This document shows positions 53,291 through 64,000 of a DNA stretch of 64,000 nucleotides, in pieces; position 1 is the first letter of the stretch, and every line of letters starts with the position of its first letter. The notes beneath the pieces were generated by a model that saw only the letters and a list, made by a program, of their open reading frames with translations, had not been told where the DNA came from and ran no database searches. Source of the stretch: Takakia lepidozioides (lineage: Eukaryota; Plantae; Bryophyta); the NCBI GenBank assembly GCA_030704615.1, contig CM060733.1:14694001-14758000 (forward strand), given 5' to 3'. The position numbers and the translations under genes are program-made.

Positions 53291-53641
53291 TGATCTGTCT
53301 CTCTCTCCTGATTCAATATCAGAATGCCACACTGAAGGTTCAAAAATAACGGGGCTACTCGATCTGCAGAAGACAAATTCAGACTATCCTGGGATGCCGT
53401 ACTGGACATGTAGGGATTCATGAGCTGAAGAGTTTGTTGGACGTGTTTCGTTTGCGCTAGAGAGATGGTGAAGCCTGCAAGTTTAGTTATACCGAGAACT
53501 GCGCTTTACATAACTGCCAAATGTTTTACATATTCCAACCTGTGCTTGCAGTTTCAAATTCTTACCTTTTCCTTGTCCACGTGGCTCCCTTCTTTCATTA
53601 TGTAGGTATTTATAGTCTATCTAACAAGTCGAACAGCCCTG

Positions 53642-56600
53642 ATGGGGTTTGACGTAGAAGAATACGTTAAAATTAGTGGCATGGAAAGTAGCTCCACGTT
53701 GTTTGAGAAGGTAGTTCCTGTGCGTGTCACGAAGTGCAATTCTGAAGACCGACACATGGATCTCACTGCGCGGTTCATCATGGGCTTGAGTAAGGTTCAC
53801 CGCACCACTAAGGTACGTCCTGCTGCCTTTCCGGATCCCAGCCTGTTTGTCGATGTGCAAGAAAGCAGACTTACGACAGGGTGATATAGAGAGCGCAGCA
53901 TGAGAATGAGGAGGACTGAGGGGCTGGGAGATGAAAGGAACGGTAGGGACGAAATAGGCTTGAGAAAGACGTATCCTAAGTTTTCCGAAAAGAGGGATGA
54001 TCATGGATTGGAGAGACCATCTGGAAGAGTATCAGTTTACCCATGGGTCTGATATTACTTGTCCATGTCTGTGGTCATTTACTGTGTGCATCATGAATGT
54101 AGGTACATTCAGTCTGGCAAAGAATCAAGCTTAGTTATTGGTCTACAGCAGCTCTTAAACTAACAATCAACCCGTAGATGTCACGTTTCTTCACGATCAT
54201 ATGACACATCGGCAGGGAAATTCTAGGAAGCTCGGGGAAGTGTGCTAGAGGAGGATCTCCAGAGAGGGTCTAGAGAGAAAATTTCTAAGGAAATTTAGAG
54301 GACTAGTTACAATTTGCAGGCCGTTATGCAGGTCCTCCAAGTGCAAATTACAAATGAATTGGATCCTTTTTTTTTCTATTCTCTGGAGGTAAACGAGGAC
54401 GATTTTCAGAGCCTGAAGGTGGAGCAGTGCATATTGGTGGACTTTTCAACATTTCCTTACAAGTTCATCGAGCTGTTGGAACAGTGCATCGTGTCAGGGA
54501 ATTCTGACAACCCCAGGTCTAGATGACTTTCCCCCTCGACCATAACTCTTGCACAGAAAAAGTTCATTTTCTTAAATGTCCAGAATATAGATCTATTGTT
54601 ACACATTTGTGTGCATTATTAAATTGAGCCTTGGGGTAAGATCTGGACAAGCGTTTCTTCCAATGCTCGTTTACTGGTTTGGTCTGGCACCACCAAGCGC
54701 TATAGATCTTGATTACTGTCCAAAGTTATCAGTCAAGGTACTTAAGGCTCCACCTAGGTAAGACTTTGCAATTGCCTGGGCATGGAGTTTGCAGCGCATC
54801 AATCAGCATAAAAAATTATACATGATGTAACTATATGATTTACTGCTTGTCCAGCTCTGCCAAGAAACCACCTAGGTGTTGACCAATCTTAGCCATTGAA
54901 ATTCATTTCAAATAATCAAGCTGTGCTGGCTCAGGGTGTTGTCTAGCAGGCATGGCCAAGGCCAAACTTGCATATTGAGATTCAAGTTGTATCGATCGCA
55001 AACACTAACCTAAAATTCTGGACGTATTACCTCCAGGACACAGATGTGAACCATAATTTAGAATTCAGCCACCTGCGCTTTATGTTTTTGCTGAAATTTA
55101 GAGGCATTGTGGGCAGATTCCTGGCGATATTGCATGTACGAACAGGAGATTCGACCTTCACTGTTGTGGAGACAAACCAGTTTAAGCACCTCAGCCATCT
55201 TGCCCTTGTTTTTCGGCAAGGGAATGATGCCGTCATCAAGTCATTTCTTGCAGGAAGGCTTGCTGAGTACAAGGTACTTACACGTTCATTTAATGTCCAC
55301 ATGATTCTACAATTCTGCAGGGGCCTGCAAAGTACTTTCTCACAGCGTTCACGACAACTGTGCATGCTTTTCTTTTGGTGCGCATAACCAGTAAAAACTC
55401 GGTTTAGATGGGCCGCTTCATTGTTTGAGCAGTGTTTCTGTACAGGCCTGCACGACTTGAGTTGCGGTTGCATATACACGATACATATAGGCAGAGATAT
55501 ATAAAATAACCTAAAATAACTCAAGTGCCACTTTTTGCCACCATCACATATCTTTTTGTTCTTTAGAAGATATGATAAAATACAACTAATGCATCGAACG
55601 CGAGCCACGTCACTGTGGAGACACTGAACTTGTTCCGCTGCAGCAAAGTTGGAACACCCAAGTAAAATTCATGATTTGACCAATTAGCTTATAAACTCAA
55701 CTGTGGGGTGAATCTTTCTGTATGGGACAGTCCCTCAATGGTGACCTGCATGAAAAATTGCGGCGTACCCTGCATTCACTGGAGAAGGCCCTCCGGGACG
55801 TTAATCAACTGAGCGGGTGAGCATTGGTATCCCACTTGCAGGTTTTATTATTGAAACTGCCAGAAAATTAGATCTGGAATCATACATGTGACCTGCCGGT
55901 TTACCTGGCTGATAATTGTGAACATGTAACATTGGGTTGTGGACATCGTATGGAGTGCCCTCAAAATCCTCACTTACCTAAACCTTTATCCCTGGGTAGA
56001 CTGAAATGAGGCCAGCATGTAAAAGCAGCTGCCTATGATCCATCTTGCACTGATCATTACTAGAATAACATTTAAGTAGACCTGCATCCTGGGCGGAGAC
56101 TACCGGGCTGCTGATGTCCACACAGTTTCGACACTACTGGCTTAATTTGGGTATGTAAAGTTTAGATGAGTTCACATGCTTTTATGACCGCACTTGTTCA
56201 ATCACGCTTATTCTGTCATTTCCTGAGTAGCTTGTGACTAAAGTGGCTTATGGTATGCCTGCATAGACCTGCTTTTGGAAGCCTTTAGCACTCTAAAAAT
56301 TGAAGTATCGAGTTCACATGAATTTAAATTAAAAACATGAAGAGCTCTCCTTTAAATTCTTCTTGATCGATAGAGGAGGAGGGCCACTTGACCAAGGTTA
56401 AGGTTTTACTCATGCAAGATGTTTGTGAATTTCATGCCATATTGAATCTTTGACTCTTGCAGTCTCTGGAAGACGACCACTGCTAAACAACTCTTTTTCC
56501 CCTACCTCCATCGACGCATGCAGCGAACTTCGTGAGCTGAAGGAGAACCAGTGCCGAAACATTAGTGAGATGAAAGCTGAATACACTCTCGAGCTTGCTC

Positions 56601-59600
56601 GTGAGAAGGAAAAGGTTTGAGCAGTAACTAACTTCATATAGAGCTCTACATACTAGTAAGATTTCTTGAAATTTTCAGTCAGAATGTCAGACTAGCTCTA
56701 CAAGGGACCCAGGACTCACAGGGAGACTTGAATTCAGGTTTGATCTTATGATTCAATGAAACCGTTGCCAGACTGAAAGAGGACGAAAACAGCTTATCAA
56801 GTTATCTCTGACTACGCTGTGATGAACTGAGTGCCTAAGCTTAGTGGTTGAGGCACATGCTGGAATGCTGTTCAATGACGCAGGAAATGCAAGAGACAGC
56901 TGCTCTAAAGGATCGACTAGAAAGGGAATGGGGAGAGCTAGAGCATCGTCTTCGCCAGCAAGTTGACCAACAAAACGAGCGTGCGAACGAACTGGATAAA
57001 CAGGTTTAGCTTCGCCTCCAGACACCAATTATTTCAAGTGCTTGGTGCCATTCCCTGATTGTACACATGTTGCAATCTCGTTTTATTCATGGGTGTACGG
57101 CCGCTGTACTGCCTGAGCTACGCTTCTCTGTCTTGTATACAGTTTCCCGACTCCATGGATGACCCAAACAACCACATGTATACCCCCTGCCGCCATTGAA
57201 TCCCCGTCCTCATTTTTTTTTCTCGCCTACCCGGTATTGTAGAGGTCAGATTACTGTCTTTGCAGAACTCCTCCACCTTTGGTATGTTTTGGCAATATAC
57301 GTGGCCCGAACTTTCTGTAATTAAACGAGTCAGTAGTGTCGGGGGGCCCTGAAAACAGGTGCGCGCTTCGGTAGACACCAAGTACCAGTTGGACGCTAGG
57401 ATCGCGGAGCTGCAAAACAAGTTTGTTACTATCGAGAAAAATTTGGATGACAAAGGACAGGTAACATTCTCAGTACTTTCGAAGGCCATACATTGGAACT
57501 AAGAATCGCCTTAGACATTTGACAATTTAAGCTGAGCATTAGGCTTCACTGACCACCATCCTCCTCATCGTATGTAGAGTTCAAATTTGTTATGCCATCT
57601 TTCAAAATGTCTAGAACTTGGCAACTGTCGCACTGTAAAATGGACTTTTTTGTTTTTTGTTTTTGTTTTTGACAGAGGAGTTGTCCAAATTCACGTAGGA
57701 AATTCATATCAACAACGAAAGAATCAGGTCCAAGGCGATTCAATGTAGCGTGTTGTATTTGTTGTATCATTTTTGAGGAATACAGTAACATTGTCTGTAG
57801 GATGATTGGAAAAGTACGCTCCACGCATATCCCTTCTCAGGAGCCCTACATGAGATCTTTAGTATCTTTTCCCATCACATGAGCGATTGGTTGTCTGATC
57901 GATTGTCTACAGTCACTGCACTAAGACATCTTTTCTTTCGAACCTTCACGAAAGAATCTATTGTGTTTGGGTGTTTGATAAAGACAGGAATGTGAGCGGC
58001 TAAGGAGAGAGAACCGCACCCTGGACTCTGAGAGACATGAAGGAGCAAAGGCAGTCAACCGCCATCTCATTCGCCTCAGCGCGCTTGAACAGGAAGTACG
58101 TCAGTACCAGGCCCCGGCCTCCATTACACAAATGTAGACTTACTTTATCAAACATTTATAGATCTGTGCTACTTCTTGTTATTTATGTTGTGAATGATTG
58201 CTTGGTGCAGGTTTCAGATAAGAACGACTTGCTAACTAATTTGACAATGCAGCTTGAAGCTCAAGCCTCCCATAGGTGTGGCACCTAGCAGCCTTCATAT
58301 ATATGACATTTCCACAAAGTATTTGATTTGTTGATGTCCTATTGTGACTTCTGATTCCGAAGTGACAATTGGGGTAAACAGCTAGAGGATTAGCAGGCAA
58401 CAAGTAAAGAGCAGTACTATGCCTGTTTGTGTGCTGCACCACATGATTGGATTTACTGAAGATAGTTTCAGAAGTACAGGACTGGCTAGTAATTATAGCT
58501 TCATCTCCCACAACCATACCCTTGAAAGAAAACCCAAGATTTAGCAAGTGGAGATTGGTTTTCCTTGGCCCTATTACTCTGCAACAACTTCCACTTTGGA
58601 TTCAATAGCCTGAGGTTAGACCAAAGTTTTGCAAGCCCTCCTTGTGTCAGTGATCATGATAAAATTACTGCAATTATTTCCACACAGTTCAAAAAGCAAG
58701 AGAAGCTTCCTCCAGGTGATAATGGGAGGCATCAACTTTTCAAACCTATTCAGAGGCAAGCACTGGCTTCTCGTTTCGCAGTATTGAGGGAGGTGAGAAA
58801 AACCTTGAGCCAGCACGGGAAGAGTTTCTTCAATCAGACCAAGCTAAGACCTCTGAACGAGCTCTGAACTACTATTGGATGAATGTGAGTGACTCGTACA
58901 GGGCAGCATTGGAGGGATCATGGAAGGAGGCACAGGCAGCAGCTGAACGGGCAGAAGACAGAGCAAGTGCCAGTGCTACTGAGATAAGCAAGTTCTACCA
59001 GATCATTGAAAAACTTCAGGTGTGCCCTTATGCTATCCTATCTGCCTTTGCTCCAGTCACTGTCTGCATTTCTTCCTAAAATTCCAATCCTCCTGTTCCA
59101 GAGTCTGTTTCTCCAAATCACTCTCTTCCATCCAATAACTGCAGCTATGGCTCTGCCTTGGAATTCTTAAGGTGGAGCTGCGGTCATCGAAGACCAAGGT
59201 GAAGCTGAAAGGACAGGTGACGTCACAGCAAGACAGTCTGCTGAATGAGCGGCAGTCAGCCATTGAAAAGGCTCAGTCTGACAACCACATATTGCGCCAT
59301 GAACTGGCCAACTTGAAGGTCGATCAAGACGGAAACAAAAAGAAGGTATGCCTCCAAACTTCGCAACTACAGCTTTAGACACAGAGGTCTACAGATAATA
59401 CTTCCTTGGAGACAGATAAGAAGGAGAACATGGAGGAGCTACTTGGAGGAGCTACTTACAGAGGAAACATGACCTCCCCGTCATTGCAAACCAAGGTCTT
59501 GAGTTGGCCCAAATCAACTTTAGCCAAATACTCATGTCAACAATTTTTAACAAACATGAAATCATATCCTCTTTATAAAGCTACTACAATCAAGGATAGC

Positions 59601-61452
59601 CTAGGTGTAGATGGTGACCTTGAGGGGGGCATTGCAATTGTGGGTCGGTATGTTCCAGGCAGAAGAAATGAGCGCCAAGTTGGATGAGGCACAGGATGTC
59701 CTGAGGTCCAACCAGCAAATGATCCAGTTGGCTGCCTTCACACTTTTTGCCCCAGTTGGTTGTCTCTTCAGCTGTGCTTTCAGTTCTCAGTCCTATAAGG
59801 AAAACATAGTATATTATCCTCATTTATTTGAGTGGCTGGATTGACACGAACCTAAGGGCCACTTGAGGATGTTGTGCTCATAAGGTGGTGGGTGAGCAGT
59901 CAAAGATCATTACCTTGTGTCATCCTCTGTTCACAGAAAGTCTTTGGACCACCATATGAAGGCTAAGCAAAACAACTCTCACAGAAGAGAACAGAACTGA
60001 CCTGTTTGAGCTGCCTTTAGCGCCAGTAGAAAGTCTGCATTTATATATTTCGTGTTGGGACTATGCCTTCAGTTTCAACCTTTTCACTTCGGTGTGCAGG
60101 GACTCTAGGGAATTGAAATGAAATGGGGAGGACAGATTGAAAGAACCCCACAAATGTTGCTCAAGAAAACTTGCCAGTGCAATTTTAAACGCCCAGGAGT
60201 CTTGAATGAGGTGTTCCTGGTATTGGGTGCAGGTGGTTGAACCAGCAACTGACGGAAGCCCAACTGGGGAAGCTAGGCAGCACAGCATCGTCCCGTTACA
60301 ATACATTCACCCCCTCCAACACAGGGGCTCTGGGCAACTACTCCACAAGCACCTGTCTCACCGGCAACAGACCTGTTGATGCAACCACCCCACTCTCATC
60401 CAACAGCTCCCTGGTTGGGATGTCCACATCGAATGCCTTCAAGAACCAGTTCCCAATGACAGCGCCCTACTTGTCATCCTCAGCAACCCCCTTCATAGGT
60501 GTTTCCACTATCCCTACGAAGCCTCAACAAAGCAGCATTGGCGGTCTCTGCTTGACACCATCGCTGGCTGGGAGTCAGCGCAGCTCAATGTATTTGCCAG
60601 TTGCCAAAACCTCCATTCAATCTTCGACCAAAGTGCAGTACAAGCCAAAGCTTGGTATGCCTTCAGTGTATGTGGGTTGCAATCAGTACCCCTACGCTAG
60701 CGGTCAAATGCCGATGGATAACTCGGTCTTGAACTCATGGGACGACTGTGGATCCTGGGGTTCAAAGCAGTGTATTACCGCGACAGCAGCTTTCCTTTAC
60801 CGACAGGTCTGACTCCTTTTCTTTGTCCAGCCCAAATGTTTCCATTGGAAAGTCCAGACCCGTAAGCATGACCGATGTAGGCCGATTGCGTAACATTTTA
60901 TGAAATTGTCAAGAACCCTGGGCAATTAACTGCACATTACATTGATTTTGCAGCTAGCCTAGACCATAGCAATCAGGCTTATAATGGTCATGAGGATTTC
61001 TTGCTGTTCAACACCACAATTGCAGGGTGATCAGTTGGAAATGTGCCTGGATCTCCGCAAATTATCTCAAGCTTACCCTTGAAGTTGTTGTCGGCAGCCA
61101 GCTCGATAAAGGCTCTACTCATCCTGGTGGGCCCACCAACAGCACAACTGCAGCCGCAGGCGACTCGGGACCGGTTTCTCCCACTCAACAGTTGCAGTCA
61201 CCTCGTGGAAGGCAGTCGCCGCTTAGACCACAGTCACCATCTGTGTCTCTTGCGCGCCCTCAGTCACCGGCTGCATCCGTCCCAAGTGGATCTGCTCGAT
61301 ACCCCTCACCTAAGAAGGCCCACAATCCCTCAGCCCCTCGGTCTCCTCGTGACGCACAAACATGCAGTAAAGGACACGGCCGAGCTACTCCAAGGACGTC
61401 CCCCACTCGATTGCCATCTCAGTCCCCCACAAAAACCCGATTCCGATTGTAG
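53642..61452 (+). CDS. SAS6: Centriole cartwheel protein SAS-6 (~15 exons)
   Basis: N-terminal head with the PISA motif (ITNELDPFFFYSLEVNEDDFQSLKVEQCILVDFSTFPYKFIELLEQC; VVETNQFKHLSHLAL), coiled coil and QQMIQWLNQQL. Phase-consistent exons: 53642-53812, 54332-54516, 55117-55273, 55731-55816, 56524-56614, 56884-57003, 57359-57460, 57988-58095, 58211-58275, 58902-59019, 59172-59345, 59659-59726, 60233-60654, 60831-60861, 61026(or 61098)-61452. The last two exons are less certain. Confidence 0.9.
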
Positions 61453-62282
61453 TAGACTTATCTGTTCAAGTTGGGCTTGGGCCAGCCTTGGGTCATGGGA
61501 TCTGAGCTGCTGGAGAACCGAGTGGTTCTCCATATGTGGGTTTTTTCTTTGACGTGAGGCTGTAGCTACCTGTTTGTACCTGTTTCCTCACACATGGCCC
61601 ACTGGCAGTAGCCTAGCAGAGAGACTGAAGGCCACTTTACACTAAGGGACAGATTGAGGTGATAGTTGAAAAATTGACGTGTTGGCACACGTGATTGGAT
61701 AAAAAACAGAGAATGTCATCATGTGGGCAATTTACATTGTGTTGCGGCAATGAGATGCCACTGCTTACAGGGAATAGTAGAGTCAGCACGTGGCAACAAA
61801 CATTACATGAACAAAATTGAATTCTTCTTGGAACTGATGCACACAGGCTAGTCGAAACCAAAATTAATTTTTTCATCAACAAAATGGATTCACATTGAAT
61901 TGAAGTGTTGTTGAAGTTCATATACATTAACTGATAGCTGAAATGAAACTGCATGTTATCCTCAACAATGTTGAATTCCATCTAACTTTTGTTAGAATGG
62001 ACAAAAAGGGACCCATGGGCATTGGGTTTTTATTTTGTATATTCTTAAGAAAATAAATGTTTTCTCTTCTCATATGCCTAACTCAAAAAACTTATAACAT
62101 GAAGATGTCTAATGTGAAGAAGGTTTGAGAAACGTGCCTAAGCATCTGTTTGTTTTTTTAATAATTATTAGGCGCAAAAATGCCTAAACGGTTGTCTTGG
62201 GACAGTATTAACCATTGAAATGTTGTTGAGAATGATTACACAATAATTGATAATAAAAACAATAATATATTTTTATCATTAT

Positions 62283-63740
62283 TGAGCTCCATTGACTTCT
62301 TTTTGGAGTATTTGTATGCTAACTGATAGGCAAAACCATAATTTCAGTTTTCTTCAGCCCTAACTTGTGATTATTGTACATTAATTGATTTGATTTTGGT
62401 ATAAAATTTGATAGTGGAACGGGCCCCTTGGTCAATCACGACCTATTTGCTGAGAATTGTACTCCCCATTCTTTGTTCGTGTGAACCTTCCTCCACCTGT
62501 TGATCAAATCTCGATGATCGACTTTGAAAATTTGCAGAAACAACCGTTCGATATCTTCAACATTGCAGAAAGTGCATGTGCCTGGAAACAGGTGCCCTCC
62601 GATTTTCTCAAGTGTCAGTGCAACCTCGAGAGGCTTGGAGGTGTGTGAGGTACTGCCGCTAATTTCTGAGCTCTTGGCTTTTAAGCTTCTCAAGATTTTA
62701 AGGTGTTTAGGTCCAAATTCTACCTCAGATTCCAAGGATATTAATTTTGAATTTGTGACTGATTTGTGACAATAAGATATTATTACCATTTTTGAGCTCC
62801 GTTGACTTCTTTGGAGTATTTATATGTTAACTGATAGGCAAAACCATAATTTCAGTTTTTTTCAGCCCTAACTTGTGATTATTGTACATTAATTGATTTG
62901 ATTTTGGTATAAAATTTGATAGTGGAACGGGCCCCTTGGTCAATCACGACCTATTTGCTGAGAATTGTACTCCCCATTCTTTGTTCGTGTGAACCTTCCT
63001 CCACCGGTTGATCATATCTCGATGATCAACTTTGAAAATTTGTAGAAACAACCATTCAATATCTTCAACATTGCAGAAAGTGCATGTGCCTGAAAACAGG
63101 TGCCCTCCGACTTTCTCAAACGCCAGTGCAACCTCAAGAGGCTTGAGGTACTGCAACTAATTTCAAAGCTCTTGACTTTTAAGCTTCTCAAGATTTTAAG
63201 GTGTTTAGGTCCAAATTCTACCTCAGATCCAAGGATATTAACTTTGAATTTGTGACGGAATGCGGTGACCGCTTCCCTCGACCTAAGCCACTCAGCCTTA
63301 TCTCTTGGCTCTATGTTTCCCTTTCCATGGTCCACCATCTCAAAAAAATTACAAACAACGAAGTCCGTGAAAGCCCGCAATGAGTTCATCATCTCATGTT
63401 CCGTAAACAGTTCGGAATCAAATAACCGTTCGTCTGCGACATCCGCTCGAATCTCCAGTTTATTTGCTCGAACCTTCAGTTTATGTCTCTCCTGGGATTC
63501 AGTTGGTATCTTTCCTAGTCCAGTTGGATCTTCATGTCTCTCAATCCTTTGTGTATGTCTCAATCCTTTGTGTATGTCCAGGACGTACTTGTATGCTAAT
63601 TGGTATGGAAAACCAAAATTTTAGTTTCCTTCAACCCCGACTTGTGATTATTGTACAATACAGTTTTGGTATAATATTTGATAGTGGAACCCAAGATTAA
63701 TGAATTGACCATTGAAATGTTGTTTAGAATGATTACACAA
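62283..63740. repeat. ~510-bp tandem duplication plus a third partial copy, containing a decayed minus-strand ORF of unknown origin
   Basis: 62283-62790 is similar to 62791-63256; 63590-63690 repeats 62312-62420; ORFs 62436..62789, 62944..63156 and 63012..63563 share peptides. Confidence 0.8.
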
Positions 63741-64000
63741 TTATACCATAATAGAACACAAAATATATGTTTACCATGCTATGTACAAGCATCGCTTTCT
63801 GTAGAAACGCTAAGAATGAATTACCCATTTGGTACTTTTATGTGCATGTCAATGAGGGAAGCACGAGCAGTCAATGCATGATGTGCATAACTCATCATCA
63901 GATCATGCTGACATGCATGGTAGTGAGACTGAGGATATTGAGAGTGAGCATTCTTTGAGTGGTGGAGATCATGGAGTGGATGATGATGACCACTATTCCT

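Overview
Eukaryotic nuclear DNA from a non-flowering land plant. It has spliceosomal introns, a PLS-DYW RNA-editing PPR gene and SAS-6, which point to a flagellated-sperm lineage (bryophyte, lycophyte or fern). 1-21.3 kb is a nest of transposons. Most notable is a Ty3/gypsy-type LTR retrotransposon whose polyprotein reconstructs as Gag-PR-[C5 cytosine DNA methyltransferase]-RT-RNaseH-IN-[PHD finger]. This copy is broken by a 14.6-kb internal inversion (3177-17807) and by a 10.6-kb Mutator-like DNA transposon with a 9-bp TSD (5571-16134). The DNA transposon carries a GCM-like/SWIM transposase remnant, a ~7.2-kb higher-order array of ~116-bp hairpin repeats, a second divergent ORF and a captured, decayed PPR fragment. 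The right end of a second copy (1-1049) sits in another copy of the same retroelement family. 23.9-61.5 kb is genic: a 20-exon V-ATPase subunit A gene (minus, 623 aa), a head-to-head PPR-DYW gene and a ~15-exon SAS-6 gene. Many 5'-truncated LINE ends and a tRNA-derived SINE lie in introns and intergenic DNA. All calls are from reading the sequence; no searches were run.
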